A stretch of 64,000 bases of DNA. Source: Amphiscolops sp. MND2022 (Eukaryota). Numbering within the stretch: the first letter of the stretch is position 1; each line of letters opens with the position of its first letter. Position numbers and translations under genes: made by a program. Under the pieces are notes generated by a model. The model was not told the origin of the DNA. It did not search any database and was given only the letters and a program-made list of their open reading frames with translations. This document shows positions 37,205 through 51,350 of this stretch, piece by piece. The DNA lies in contig OZ076409.1 of the NCBI GenBank assembly GCA_964187785.1, positions 28,150,001-28,214,000 of the forward strand. The letters are read 5' to 3'.

Positions 37205-39208
37205 CAAAACATCTTACATCATCAGCGGAGAACTTTTTGTTGACATTTAGAATATGGGTTGAGAGATTTAAAATAAATAATTGATAAAGAAAGACGTATT
37301 TTTTCATGAACACAAACAAGTGAAATGATTTCAAAATCCTATCCAAAACATTCAGAAACGATAACGAAAAACTTGTACGCTCAAAATGGAGAGCCGCAGC
37401 TTTCAAACGTGCTATATGCATTATGTACTCATGAAGAGCTGCTAACAATACCTTTACGTCTAATAAACCAGTTATGTATTGAGAAACAACCTTTTTAGCA
37501 CTTTGAATGTTCTTGTTGCCAAAAACGTTTTTGACAGAAACGTATATCAGCCAAAACGTAGCAACACAGACTCTTGTCAAGGTCTGGTCTACAAAACAAT
37601 TGAACAAACATGGTCTTTCCACTCTTTTAAAAAGTTCCCACTCTTTATCCGTTTAGAGTTTTTCGGGTTGTTATTTTGACATGGGGACAGTTGAAACGAA
37701 ATCTGCGAAAGAACTTCAATTATAAAACATGGTCGCTTGCAGCTCGAAGCCTCGTCAAAAACATCAAAGTGTATGGCAATGCTTATAAGATATGTAGGTT
37801 TTAATTTGCTAAGTTTGTCTTGGGCGGAAAATGCCCCGTGCCTCATGGAATCTAGAGTAATTGCGTCTAAGCTTCAACGTTTCAAGATAGTGATTGAGCA
37901 TGATATGGCTTCAGACGTTATTCCCGCTTTGCATCCAGGCATTATTTCTCAAACTTTTTCCGGCTCTCTTTGACCTGCAGCGAAGTGACCAGGAATTCAG
38001 CTTACGTCACATGCCCGCTAGCATGATTCCGCTCGGTAGTTTTCCAATAAAACTCTTCGTCGCTTCTTCGTGAGGTTTGGCAATCACACATCTGGTCACA
38101 TTGGAATCCTGTTACCTACTTAAGTCCTTGGGAGAGAAATTATTTTGAGGAATAATCAAAATCAATCAAAAGAATGTAACAGTTATTGTTTTGACAGTCA
38201 TGAAAACCACTATTTCTTGTGTTTTCAAAATTTGTAGCATAAATAGTCGCATTTGTTACAATTTGAAAATCAGCAATTTCGCCAAGTTACCTAAAAAGGC
38301 AGTTTTGTCTCGTCTAAAAAGTACCATTGTTGCATATATTAGCAGTTTTTGATAAACCGCAAATTTCAATGCATTTTCTTGAATGCTTTTAAATCAATGC
38401 GAGTCTCCTAGGGAGAGCTCTTATTAAATGTTTTAATTCCTTTTGAAATTCATTGTTTACTCGGCGCGTTTACATATGTATTACTCGTTCAATCAGTCTT
38501 AATGTTGATAAATATGCTTTAACAAAACACCTTGTCGTTAAGTAATTCGCTTCCATTAAAAGGGTCATTTTTCCAAAAGGGGCCGCATTGTCCAAAATTG
38601 TTTAAACGAGTTATGTGATACGAATGAAAATTCTTCGACTCTTGAATCAAACTATTTTGCGTTTGTATTAACTCAATTAATACAGTATTTTGATTCCGAA
38701 CATTATAAATTACCTTACAACTTATTGAATATCCGGGTTCAAAGTTTGTGTTTTGGGCGCAAAAAATGAAGCAATGGTTAACGCTTTATCTGTGTTTATG
38801 GTCTTTTGCAACGGTTAGATGAGTTCTTATTTCTGTTTCCGAAGGTATTTTTGTAAGAAAAACCTTCGTTTTGAAAAATGGTAAACAAGAAACTTGAAAA
38901 CGATGCTTGTCAAAAAGTTCCTGGCTTGTTTTCGAAGCCATGGTATTGAAGTCGTCTTCGAAGAAGCTCTGTAGCAAAACTTGATAGTTTCACAATCTTA
39001 AGCAAGGGAGACGAAGATCTTCAAAGCGATTTGATTGATTTTTTTTTGTTTCGACCTACAAGAAATTGAGGTGTGACGTTCGTCACAATTGATTTAGGCG
39101 ATGTGTCTCTGGAGTGAACGGGGGATGGGACCAATCAGTATCATCGACTTGCATCTAGATAAAGGCAAGTAATCAATACCGAATTCTAATTATATTAATT
39201 ATTGTATT

Positions 39209-40905
39209 TGTCGTGAGTACTATCTGCATTTTCGTCATTGAGATGATTACGGGAAGGCTCACTCCTTGAACTACACCTGATTTTCTGACTAGGATTATCT
39301 TCGGAGTTACGTTCTGGTCTCTCGGCCGAGACGTTCCATCCTTTTTGTGTCATTTGTCCTGAACCGGCCTTGAGGGCGTTTTGGAATTGAGGCAAAACTT
39401 AAATACTGATTGCATCATTAATAGCCCTGTGAACTTGAGCGTTGACACTGCTCATAACCTCGCCCATGTCTTTTGAGATCCACAAGTTAAGTTCATCTGA
39501 TAACCTATTAAATTCAGCGCTAGAGTCAGTACCAGCTGAATTATCGCCGTAATTGGCACTGTTACCTAATCTATTTTCCCCAGGGTTGGGATATCTATCT
39601 TCCTCATTACCTTCCAACGCATTGTAATTCGGACTATCAGGTCTCCTAATAGAGCCACTAAATTCACTTTCACCCCTTTTTAGGTGATTGTTGCCCAACA
39701 TAATATCTAGATTTTCTATGTCAGACAGCATTTCTACTCCTCTAGACTTTCTTGCTTTCTTCTGTTTTCTGGTAATAGGCATCAAGAAGTCCTGTTGTAA
39801 TATTTTATTAGGAAATCAGGTTTGAGTTTCTGAAGCGTGTGAATATCAGTGAGTCAAACAAAATTGTGTCCCTCTCAAAGAAACTGTGAGTATATATACC
39901 CCTGAGAGGGTGACATTCACATTTTTTACATTGCTAATTATACGAACATAACATACTAATTCCATTACAAATTCCAGAAAAGGGACATAACTAGGGTGAA
40001 TGTCCGCTATCATTACGACACTTTTAGCGGTATCAACATTATCAAAGTACTTCAGGAATTTGTCCTATTAGAGTTAAGGAGGAATGATTATCTAACTATA
40101 AATGGCAACAAATATCCAAGTCAACAACAACACAATGGTATTACAAATATGCATCAACACTTCTAGACAAGCGCTCAAGTACGTAAACAATCATGTCCGG
40201 TTAAATGTTGTATCAATTTTCATGTTTTCAATCTTCATGATGAAGTGGCCAAAATGGGACATACGTCCAAAGCTAGGCATATCTTTCATAACATTTGGTC
40301 CAATTACTGACATATAGAACATAGCATCCCCAAACAACAGCTCATTACTTGACAGTACATTTTAATACCAATACATGAAAGAGAGCAATTCAGGTACTAT
40401 CTTGGTTAGCCTGTATTATTAACAGTAATGTAGTACTCTGCAATTGATCAAAAATCTAAGTGGCCGGAATCGGCCATTTGACTGGTGTTCCAATACTCGT
40501 TAGCTTTGCTCGGTCAATTAGCCGTAGACGGCTCGTATAAATGATACTTCAAATCAGGACTGCAAGCACTGCATTGTGAATGGTTGAATTACCTTGGCAA
40601 ATAACGTTGCCGAGAAAGGACGTTTTCGCACTTGAACCCGTTTCCTTTCCGCTGCTTAGTACTCTTGCTTCAGCATATTTGTTAACATTACAAATCTTTA
40701 CAACAAATTGATCATTCATCAACGGTTAACAGAATAATAAAATAACTATAACAACAGAGTTTGCAAAAAACTTTGCTAGTATATTGATTGGGTAAAAGTT
40801 TTCATTAGTTTGTGTTCTAATAAATGGGAAGGGTTCCGGGCGCTATTTGCTGACCGTGTGCAGTTGTAGTTATTCTTGTACTATCACAGGCGGCAGCCTG
40901 CGACA
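39209..40905 (-). mobile_element. Solo LTR B (1697 bp), TSD GTATT
   Basis: Minus strand TGTCGCAGGCTGCCGCC...CACGACA; GTATT at 39204-39208 and 40906-40910; frameshifted gag-N ORF (MPITRKQKKARKSR). Confidence 0.92.
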
Positions 40906-42177
40906 GTATTATATAAAATATTATACATTGCCTTGTATACTTCTTTTATCATAAGGTATTCTCATAGTTGGACAAAAAATTCCAACTGTCAAAAAGCACT
41001 TCAATTCTTAACCTTGGAAAAAATTTATGGTGATGTTAAGGGAATGCAATAAAAGTCGTATTGAAATAGAGTAAATTAATATGAATGGTTAGAAAGAAAC
41101 AGTGGGTTAAGAAAAGTAGGCAGGACAATGACGCAATTCACAATGGCGAATGTATTCTACGTCGTTACAAGAATTCTTCGTCGATACAAATTCGATTGCT
41201 AACAAAATCCAGCAAAGCATTTCTGGTACCAAACTTGGAAATTAATGATCTTTTTCTGAGAAGATTCCATGAACATAGGATACTTTCGGAATTGTCGTAA
41301 ACAGCCAAACAGTCGGAAACATGGTGTTGAGAGAAATGTTGTCCGGGAGAAGTGCATGATTTTGTCGGGGCTTTATGAAATAAAACGCGACTTTTATAGT
41401 GACTTTTCTTTGTTTTTTTTTCAATCCGGCCAAAGTGACCACTTATGCCGAATGCCAAATAATCCAAAATTCTACTAGAAGTCTACAGAATGGAAAAATA
41501 GTCGAGAAGGTCTCCCATTCCTATTTCACATACTTTTGCACCAAACCCCTTTTGAACCGAACAATTAGGCTTTCTACCTTATCTGCAATTTGATCACCCA
41601 GTTGCAAAACACGTTATTTAGCAAAATGCTGAGTATCCAACTGTTTTGTTGTTGAACTGTGTGGATTTCAGTTCACACGTGAGGTTTCAAAACCTCGCAA
41701 CCCAGATGCCGAAAATGTTTTACGTTAAGGGAAAATTCAATTCCCAAAAGACACCGGTTTCAGGATTGGCCCCTTTTCGTCTCCCGAAATTGGTAAATTC
41801 CCCGATACCATGTCCCGGAAGCAAGCTATTGTACCATAATGGCAGCCACAACTGATGGTGGACTTGAAGCTGTGCACTGGCAGTTAGTTTTATGTCACTG
41901 GGATCTGACTGCCTGTTGTTTTCATTTCACTTTCGTTATTGTTATATTTCAATGCTGCGTCTGCTCAAGTTTCTAATTTGAAAAGATTCAAAAGTTTGTT
42001 TTAAATTGGGGGTTACGTTGTCAAATATTCGAGAAACATTTCTGACAAAGAATCTCAGTCTCTCCTGAGTATCGTACTAAATAGCCTATTGTTTCAACGT
42101 GAGACCAAAATTGAAACAAATTTGTCAAAAAATAGATTGTTTTTTCTTTATTTGGTGGGGTGTTTTGGGGCCCGTTT

Positions 42178-43070
42178 GTAACATGAAATTGCAGTTATCT
42201 CTTCACAAGAGTGTACTGGATAATTGGTTTCTTCGTCGCTGAATATTTCGTTTAATTTATTTCACGGAATTTCAAAAAAAGTTTACGAAAGTTGCATTAA
42301 AACCTCAACAGTCAGAAAACTTTGGAGTTTTGAGCATATTTGGGGTAATATTGTGTCACTTCTCCATAACAAACTTCAGGTATCTCTTCAGGATAGCGTA
42401 ATTGGTAACTACTTTTTCTGTCGTTGAACTCCAACCCAGGAACTCTATCTGTTACAGTTTTTCAACACTTGGATTGAAAAGGACGACCTTTTGAAAACAG
42501 TGAGTTTTTCGAAGTTTTGACGTCAACCTGTTGTCCGTTTTTCCCACAGGCGGCTAATTTCGCATCACTGAAACAAATTGCGCAGCTAATTTTTCCGTAG
42601 CTGAGCTTTTTGAACAGTTTTTCCTAAACTTTTCAAACAAGTCACAAAATTCGAAAAGAAATGTCAAAAAATTGTAAGGTGCTATTTGAGGCAATGTTGC
42701 TGCAAGAAACTGCAAATATCTCTTCCACAATACATAATGGATATCAATTAAGGTTGTTGTTGAATGTTGTCACTATTTTAACCACCGAAATGTCTCGGAA
42801 AAATGTCAAAATTTAGAAAAAATGGGGTGTTCGACTGTTTTGGCACCTTTTTAGGTACTTCGCCTGCAAAAAACTGCAAATTATCCTTTCAAAAACGTAC
42901 TGCATAGCTAGTTATTTTCTTTGGAGCTTTCGGAAACTTCTTACCCACGAAGTTTATCTTATCGCGCATAAAATGTCCTCGAAAAACAAAAATTGGAAAA
43001 AATTGTTTTTTTTCTATGCTACTTTGTGGTTGTTTTGAGGCACTTTTGTAAAAACGAATTGCATATATCT
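42178..43070. repeat. Diverged interspersed repeat; second copy at ~45683-46410 resuming at 47396
   Basis: Collinear similarity, e.g. GTAACAxGAAAxTxCAGTTATC...ACTGGATAA and CATAGCTAGTTATTT. Confidence 0.6.
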
Positions 43071-43374
43071 CTTCTAAAAGGTCTGCCGGACAACAAGAAT
43101 ACTTTTTCAACAACGTACCCTACGAAATCTGTCGAGAAATTGGGAACAATTGCATGAAAACGGTAAAAATTGTTCGAAACTCAGAATTTTTTGTCTGTTG
43201 TGGAATCATTTTGGGTCATTCGATGGTCGTTGGTGTCAACTAAAAATTCCCAAAATCTCCACACTTACAATTAGTATGAAACTAAGTTTATATCACTTGA
43301 ATTGTATGTGTGAATCCCTTCAAAATGGGTACATATTTGGAACATGGTAAGTTAAATATTTTCCTTTCCCATAT

Positions 43375-45229
43375 TGTCGTAAGCGCGTAAGTTAGAATGA
43401 CTACCGTTTTGATAGTCAAGACGTTGCTCACCTTCATTGTTTCTCTTAGCTTTCTCACCGTAAGTTTCTTCGGGATTCATTTCCGGTCTCTCGGATGCAA
43501 CGTTCCATCTGTTCTGTGTAATTTGACCAGACCCTGCGTTTAGGGCAGTCTGGATCTGAAGCAATATTTGGCTACTAATTGCATCACTAATTGCCCTTTG
43601 GATTGGGTTGTTCACACTGCTCATCATTTCATCTAATTCTCTAGACAACCTTGAGTTTAACTCGCTTGACAGTTTATTGATCTCTGCACTGGAATTACCT
43701 TCCGATGAATTTTGGCCATAATTGGCATTGGTACTGGCATCAGCGTCCCTTGAGTCTAATTGCCTATTTTCGCCGTTATTTTCAAACTCGTCCTCAATGG
43801 TACTTTCTTGTCTTCTAGCGCAATTATTATTAGGGCTTTCATCTCTTTCACTCCTGTTGAAGTGGTTATCTCCAAGCATGATGTCTAGATTTTCTATATC
43901 TGAAAGCATCTCAATTCCTCTAGATTTCCTAGCTTTCTTCTGTTTTCTAGCAGTAGGCATCAAGACTAAACCGGGTTGAATAATGAAATATTTTAAACCG
44001 GAAAACCAACAGAGAACTGTTTGTAGAGAAAAGGTATTTTTACTAGTCGTATCAAATCTGAATTGTGTCCCACTCAGGCAAAGCACCGGTATTTATACCC
44101 CTGAGTGGATGACTCTCACATTTTCTACATCTTTCTAGTTAAGATTAATATCACAAGGTATGTTACTCACATGACATTTTCCCAATATTTTACATATCCT
44201 GGGAATTTAACAGGCAACATTAATGTAACTCACATGACATTTTCCCAATATTTACATAACCTGGGAATTTAACAGGCAACATTAACAGGAAAGGTATTCA
44301 ACTCATACCGCAACTTCTAACAACTTATTTAACAAAGCATCATCATTAGGGTGTCAACAAATGTTAGTATTCATCAATGGAATTCAATGCATTCAAATTT
44401 ATAGGACGGTGTTGGCACGTGCCGCCACGCGAGTTGAGCTGAGTTTGCTGAATAACAAAAATACAATAATACATGCAAAGTCTTAAGAGACGCTTCAGTA
44501 CAATATTATTTACTATAATAACGCAAAACACAACATTCTCATAATAATGCCGGAGTTGGCCAGATCCAAATTATTTAAGTGAGGACTGGAAGAAAGGGGT
44601 AAAAGGCCTTACTCGTCCATTAATGAAGCACCAGTCTTATTTAGTTATTAGAACAGCACAAGAGTGATTACTTAGTACTGAAAGTTTAACTACAGTAACA
44701 CGGGGTAATTTCTGTTACAATTAATATAACAACATCATATTTATTTGATATGGCCGCAACCGGCCATTTGACCAAAGCGTAGATTAAAATAATTGCATTG
44801 AGTCCATCGGCCTTATTCGGCCGTCACTACATGAAATCCGTACAAGTACTGCAAAATGAAGCAATTTGATTGGTTGGAAAACTGAGCTCAAGTGACGTCT
44901 CTGGAATTAGAGTTGCGTTCACTTGAACTTGTTTCCTTATACTGCATGCGTTTGCTTGTATTCTAATTCATCTTGTACTACAATTTTAACTGCATTGATA
45001 TTGTTACACAATAACTCACTTGGAAATTTCGATTAAGGGTTTTAACAGACTAATCAAAATAATGATAAAATCAGCAAAATGTTCAATGGTACTACATTAT
45101 TAGGAAGAATATTGGAGCAATAGTTTTGAGAGTTTTAGTTTTAAAATATGGGCAACGTGCCCGGTGCCGTCTCCTGACCTGTAGAGGTGGTGGTGATCCT
45201 TGTGCCATCAGAGGCGGCAGCCTGCGACA
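43375..45229 (-). mobile_element. Solo LTR C (1855 bp), TSD CATAT, with intact gag-N ORF from 43960
   Basis: CATAT at 43370-43374 and 45230-45234; TGTCGCAGGC start; MPTARKQKKARKSR ORF open across the LTR end. Confidence 0.92.
44161..44285. repeat. Tandem duplication (63 + 62 bp) inside solo LTR C
   Basis: ACTCACATGACATTTTCCCAATATT...GGGAATTTAACAGGCAACATTAA twice. Confidence 0.9.
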
Positions 45230-46409
45230 CATATATAATATGTGGGAAAAATCTGGCTAGAGTGCATATCGGTCATTGTGAAGTGAGTGCTCTCGGAAAC
45301 AGAAATTGAGTCTCTCGGTTTGATCATTCATTGACAGAAATCTTGCGAATTCTGCACATTTTATTATCGCGTTTAGAGTAATTTCAGAGTTTTTCTCAAA
45401 GACCTAATGCTAACTACTCCAAAAACGCATATCAAATACTGATTATTGCTTTTAAAACTTTGTAGAACTTTCTAAGTTTTCTACCTCATCTACACATTGA
45501 AGCTCTTTTCTGTTACCCCACCACCATTTTTTTGGAAAATTAGTGAAAATCTTATAACACATTGTCTTGGATACAAACCAGAAAGCTTCAGTTTTAAATT
45601 CATTCTCAGGGTGATATGCAACTAATTTGTCAAAAATCAGCGTTTGTTTCACTTTGATTTTTTGTGTAATTTGAGGCACGCTGGTAACACGAAACTACAG
45701 TTATCTTTTCACAAAAGTATACTGGATAACTAATTTTTTCGTCTTTGGACTTTTCGTTTAATTTTATTCACGCAATTTCAAAACTTTTTTTTCTTACAAA
45801 AACTGCGTTAAGACCTCCTCAACAGTCAGGATGTTTTGTTGTTTTGGATTTTTTGGGGTAATATTGGGTCATTCTCTAATACAAACAGTCACGTATCTCT
45901 TCAGTAAAGCGCAATTGATGCCTACTCTTCTGTCGTTGAACACTTTCAAACTTGTAACACAGGAACTCTTTTAACAGTTTTTCAAAAATTGAATTGAAAA
46001 AGACTAACTTTTGAAAAGTTTGAGTATTTCAAATATTTTCGAGTCATTCAGATGTTCTTTTTCCCCACAGACGGCCAATTTAAACCATATACCGTCGTTG
46101 TTCAGTTGCTGAAAATTTTGAATAGCCTATTTCACGAAACGTTTCAAATATGTGACAAAAATTGGGGAAAATGTTCGGAAATTTTTTAAGTATTTGGTAA
46201 TTTCGACTACTTTGGTGTCAATTGAGGCCTTTTTCATACAAGAAACTGCAAATGTCCCCCAAAATACACATGGAAGAAAGGGTTGTTGAACGTTTTTACT
46301 ACTATAACCCACTATATATCTTAGAGAAACGTCAAAAAGATGAAAAAAAGAGTTTTTGAGTTTTTTGGACATTTTAAGGTACTTTTCTCCCGAAAACGGC
46401 AAATTTCTC

Positions 46410-47395
46410 TTAAAACTTAAAACTCTCTCTTTTACCCTTCAAAATCATGAATTATTCAGAATAAAAAACTGACCGGCCTAACCAGTCGTCAAACATTTAA
46501 CAATTTACATGCAAGTCAGTATAGTTCATATTTCCCAATCATATGGCATCAATTTGTACATTTAGTAGTTATATTACCATCATTAAAAAAGTATTGGAAA
46601 CCACAATAACAACTATGACTATCAGTCGTCATTTGTATTCAAAGCATTGTTTCGTATATTCTGAAAATGAATTCCGCCATTTGTAAAATTGTTGTAACCA
46701 TGGTTACAGCTGCGATCACTGAAGGTCATTAACACATGCAGTGAGGATCAAGTACCAACCATTTGTACTAATGTTTAACAGGTGCGAAAGATATATACGT
46801 GCATACACATGTGATGATTAATGGCGACTACAGCAAGCAGTGGCACTTAGAATCATTGTGCAATAAATAGCACCTTGAACAATGAACAATCACAATGCAG
46901 TAACCAGTCATGCGCAATCAAAATTGATTTTTCCAGAGAACTACAGGTAAACCTAAGTAAGACTTTAGTTGCCGACACGACCAGACGTTACAGTCATACA
47001 GTTGTAAACTTTATTTGAAACTACATTTCATCTGCATACTCAATCCTTGATATACACCTTCTTTCAAGATTCAACTCTTGAACCAAAACAAGTGTCTTTA
47101 TGGTGATCACCAGTTCTCAAGCTCAAGTAATAATCGGACCTAACGAATCAATATGGAAGAGTACAGTGATAACTATAGTGACATTTGCCTGTCTGAACTC
47201 AATTCGAGAAACCGTATAACCGGAATTAACGACGAACCAAATTTAGATCATGAAACGGTTCGGATTGAACAGTGTTTCAACATGAAGAACCAGATTGGAG
47301 AATTAACGAGTTTGGTTAGGAAAAGATTTTCCCTAGTATTAACGAAGAGAATGACAGAAACGCCCAACGTTCTAAGACGACTAGTCATTCTGACA
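46410..47395 (+). mobile_element. Probable truncated LTR-like insertion of another family
   Basis: Interrupts the second copy of the 42178 repeat; ends ...TCTGACA; carries a degenerate coiled-coil ORF (47153-47404) at its 3' end. Confidence 0.4.
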
Positions 47396-47959
47396 CATAG
47401 CTAGTTATTTCGCCGGGAGCTTTTAGAACCTTCTTACATACGAAGATATGCTACAATGTTATGTTATAATAATGTTGTTATGCGCAAAAAATGTCTCCGA
47501 AATTAAACAAATGGAAAGTTTTGACTTTCTGCTGCGTCGGGGTTGTTTTTAGGCACTTCTTGTAACAAAGAACAGAGAGTAGATGCTTCTTCTATTGCAA
47601 AAACTGCTAACTATTGCAAAGACCGCATATCAAACGAGGATTTATTCGAAGTTTTCCTAGAACAGTTTCCAATGCTAACTGTGCTTATCGAAGAGTATTC
47701 TATCGTAATGTAGAGCATCTTCTCTAAGCTCAGTAGACCAAAAATAAGCAGGCGTGCTGTTCTTCAGTAAAGACTTTGGGATGAGAGAGAATTTGAATTC
47801 ATTGAACTGAATCAATTCTTCATAGCATTTGAAGTCGATAGTTGACCTGGTTTTTCGAAGTTGTTTTCGATTTTTAGTAGTCGGAAAAAATTTCGACTAC
47901 TTATGCAATCGTGTTGTTGTTTTTCTCCCGACCTTTCATGAAAATTTCAAAGTTTTCAA

Positions 47960-48300
47960 AAACTGTCCATACGATTTCCATGAAATAATTTTGCACAGTC
48001 ATTCTACACCCAAAGGGGCCCCTGCCTGTGCAATGGCATCAAAGTCTTGTGACTAGAATGTGAGAAAAATAGCCAAAATTAGCCAAACTTAGCCCAAAAA
48101 TGGCCTAAAAACAGCCATTTTTCGACTTTTTTCGATTTTCTCAAAAATTGTCCATACGATTCGCACGAATTTTTCTCCAGTCATTCTACACCATATTAGA
48201 GTCCTTTGTGTGCAATTTCATCAAATTCGCATGACTGGATTTAGAGCGAGTCAGAATGAAAAAGACCTAAGCCGACGCTTTACCGCATATGCGGCTCTGG
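47960..48300. repeat. Small repeat element with an internal direct repeat
   Basis: TGTCCATACGATT...CAGTCATTCTACACC at ~47964 and ~48150; palindrome CCGCATATGCGG near 48285. Confidence 0.45.
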
Positions 48301-49367
48301 TTGTTAGGTGTTGCTAACAACGCAATTGAAATCGAATTTAACTGCTCTCGAACTTTTTTATGAGTTCAAATTGAGTTTAATTATACTGTATTCTGATATA
48401 ACATATTATAAGAGGGAAATTACGCCTAATCCGATTTATTGATATGATAAGAGAAACGGGTATTGCCCATTTTGGAATTATATTTGTCAAATATATATGC
48501 TTGTTTGGATGAACTGGTTTCTTCGACCGCAAAAATGTTTCGTTAGTATAAAAACTTCGATGCTTTCTTTTCGAAGAACTGAGGCTGGATTGTTTTTCGA
48601 GGCATTCAGGTGATTATTCGAAAACAATTGCAGTGGCACTGCACCTCGTTAGGGTTTTGATTGAGCAGTTTCACCTCTTTCTTCGTATATTGTTATGTTC
48701 AGCTGTTTTAACCAGCCCTTCCTCATGACTGGTTGCATTTGCCATTCAGCTATGATGACTGAGATTGTGATAGTCCGATCAACCGTTTGTTTGCCCAGTA
48801 AGTTAAGTTCAATTTTTTTACTTTGTAATTCTTCGTCTGCTGACAGTTGGAGAGATATCATCCGAAAATTGGATATTATGATGATTGAAGATTGTCTGTA
48901 TATGATAAATCTTTTTCTTCGTTTTTCAGTTTCTTTTTTTGTCGAGTAAAAAGTTTTTTTTCTGGGTTAAAGTTGTTAATCGGTTCAAAGACTTGTATGT
49001 CTGCATGATTTTTTCGGAGCATCCAGGGTGTGTTTTTGACAATAATTTCTACCGTTCTCGACTTTCATAATTTTTTGCTTGTGCCTTTTTTCTGCGAGTA
49101 TTGCAGATCACATTTCTGACAGCATTTAAACTCTAGTCGCCAGATTTCGATATGCAAATTCTACGATCCGGTTTGTTGTATTTTTTCGGTTCAGTTTAAT
49201 TTTTTTGGGTTGTTGTTTAAAATATTGAATTTAAATGAATATTTCTGGTACTGTTGTATTGTATCTTGAAAATTTCCTTATCCAATAATCGCTTCCCTGA
49301 CTCATCTGTGCTTTCCTCTCAGGTTTGTCAATTCAATCCACAGAACAATGTCCGATTGTGTTGGGTG

Positions 49368-49369
<2 letters not shown>

Positions 49370-49446
<77 letters not shown>
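49370..49446. repeat. (CT)n microsatellite
   Basis: Perfect CT dinucleotide run. Confidence 0.99.
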
Positions 49447-49447
<1 letters not shown>

Positions 49448-49929
49448 ACAAATAGCGTTTCTTTAAAAAATCTAATTTTCTTTTTCAAAACATGATTCGT
49501 ATCAGTTCTTTTTGTAGCCTCAGGGTCATGGCATGTTTTGCTTTATGATCAATTTCCAGTATCAGAGCTTTTTGATCTTTGCTATGCTGGTGTTAACAGA
49601 ATTCTGTTAGTGTTTTTGTCTCTTCTAGAGAGGCTATCGAGGTTGATACCCCAATTTATAAGGCGAATCTGAGCCACGATAGTTTAGCGCCTTCCGTTGA
49701 TGAGTCGGTTTCTGTTTTACTGTATTGTGATATTGTTCTTTGTCCTGTCTCTTTCCACATTTTGTGTTGACTACAAATTCGACTGCAAAGATATGGTTAG
49801 TAACATGAAATTGTTTATAGGCACTGTGGTATCGTTAAAACTAATGCTAGTATTTTTTAAAAAAGTTCATCTAAGTTTAGGATTTCAAAACGTATTTGCA
49901 AGACGAACCGTATATATCATATGTATTGT

Positions 49930-50509
49930 GAGTAATTCACAATTTCCGCTCTTTACTCAGTATATCAGTCGTAATCGTTCCTTTGTGCTACTTGCCGACG
50001 ATACCTCTCTGTAAAACGACGAATCTAAAGCAAAAGACAAAATTTGCAACTATCAAAAGATCGTTCGAAGCTGTTCACTGTCAATGGATTGACCATTAAT
50101 ACCGACAAATGTGAGTCATTAAGGTTTGGACCTAGTGAACTTTTTCCATATGTATATAAGATCCGTGGCGGTATCCCGCATAATGTCTTATCTCATTATG
50201 CTAATGCTCAATCAGTAATTACGTATGATCTCATCAACTATAGATCTACCAACAAAAAGAAACCTTGAACATGTCGATAATAAAGCACAAGAAGAATTTA
50301 CTGAATAATTTTCTACCGACGAAAATGGGACAGATTAGAAGTCGTTTAGACGAGATAGAGAAAAAGTTTTAAAGTCTGCGAAATGTCCATTTCCGAAGTG
50401 TTGAAAGAAATCTTTAATTGACTACGATTCGAGTCTCCCATTGTATACGTTGATATAACTTTGGCCGGTCATGATTACAATGTTCGAAGAAAACAAAGAA
50501 ATCTGCTAC
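49930..50509 (+). pseudogene. Degraded non-LTR (LINE) RT C-terminal fragment, target of element 3
   Basis: LLADDTSL and NGLTINTDKCESLRF resemble LINE RT (F/Y)ADDT and NxLxLNxxKT motifs. Confidence 0.55.
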
Positions 50510-50778
50510 TGTACTGACCTACATTAATAACCAATAGTATTTAGATGTTTATAGAATGTTCTAGAATGTACATTTATTTGTTATTAAATGAATGTAAATC
50601 TCTACTCCCTCAGAGAGAGAAAACTAATAATCAGTATTCAGTTGACTTCCTTTTCGTTCTGCTTCTAACACCTCGAACTAGTTGTAATAAAGTAAGCTAG
50701 CTAGCCTGTCTCTTAGCCGCTTTTAGTAGTTGTGAATAATACCATCCAAAGAAGTAACCAACCATTAAAAGCAGCACA
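50510..50778 (+). repeat. Putative 5' LTR of element 3 (269 bp)
   Basis: TGTACTG...CAGCACA imperfect inverted termini; AATAAA at 50686; TGGTGCGAC (PBS-like) at 50782; partner LTR not visible. Confidence 0.65.
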
Positions 50779-51016
50779 ATTTGGTGCGACTTGTAAAATC
50801 TCTTGCTTTTTCTCCTGGATGATTTCTCTTCTCTCAACAATCATACAAATACCACTCTCCATATTTGAAATTCTCTGGAATTGCAGTGAAATCTTTCTAG
50901 AATTTCTTGAAAGTTTAGTCTGTGACTTTCTGAATTTCATCAATAAATACATCATTGTTCGAAACAGAATTTCTCCACTACAACAATCAATTTAAATATA
51001 ACAAATTTTCTTCACT

Positions 51017-51350
51017 ACCGGTTTATCACGTTTTCTAACACGTTGACACGGTTCTTCTTCCTGTTCTTCTTGCCATACCGGTTTATCACGTTTTCCAATA
51101 CGTTGAAACGGTTTCATTTCGGACTGATTTATCCATTGTGACACAGTTCTGTTTTTCTTCTTTTTCAGACTGATTTATCCAAAGTGACACAGTTCTGTTC
51201 TCTATACTGATTTATCACAGCTAATCCGGAAGCTTGTTGAAACAGTTCTTTGATGTTTGTCTTGTTTATCAAGGTTTTCTAACACCTTTGACACAGCAAC
51301 ATTTGTCTGGTTTATCAAGGTTTTCTAACACCTTTGACACAGCAACTTTC
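51017..51350 (+). repeat. Array of seven related hairpin-forming units in the element 3 leader
   Basis: Consensus C(C/T)G-N-TTTATC-[variable stem-loop]-TGA(C/A)AC(A/G)G. Confidence 0.8.

Noticed and set aside
48600..49200. Possible degraded minus-strand coding region
   Set aside because: No recognisable motif and multiple stops; cannot be supported
49254..49466. SL-repeat ORF
   Set aside because: Translation artefact of the (CT)n microsatellite
51017..51350. CRISPR-like repeat array
   Set aside because: Units are irregular and lack unique spacers; no cas genes; eukaryotic retroelement context
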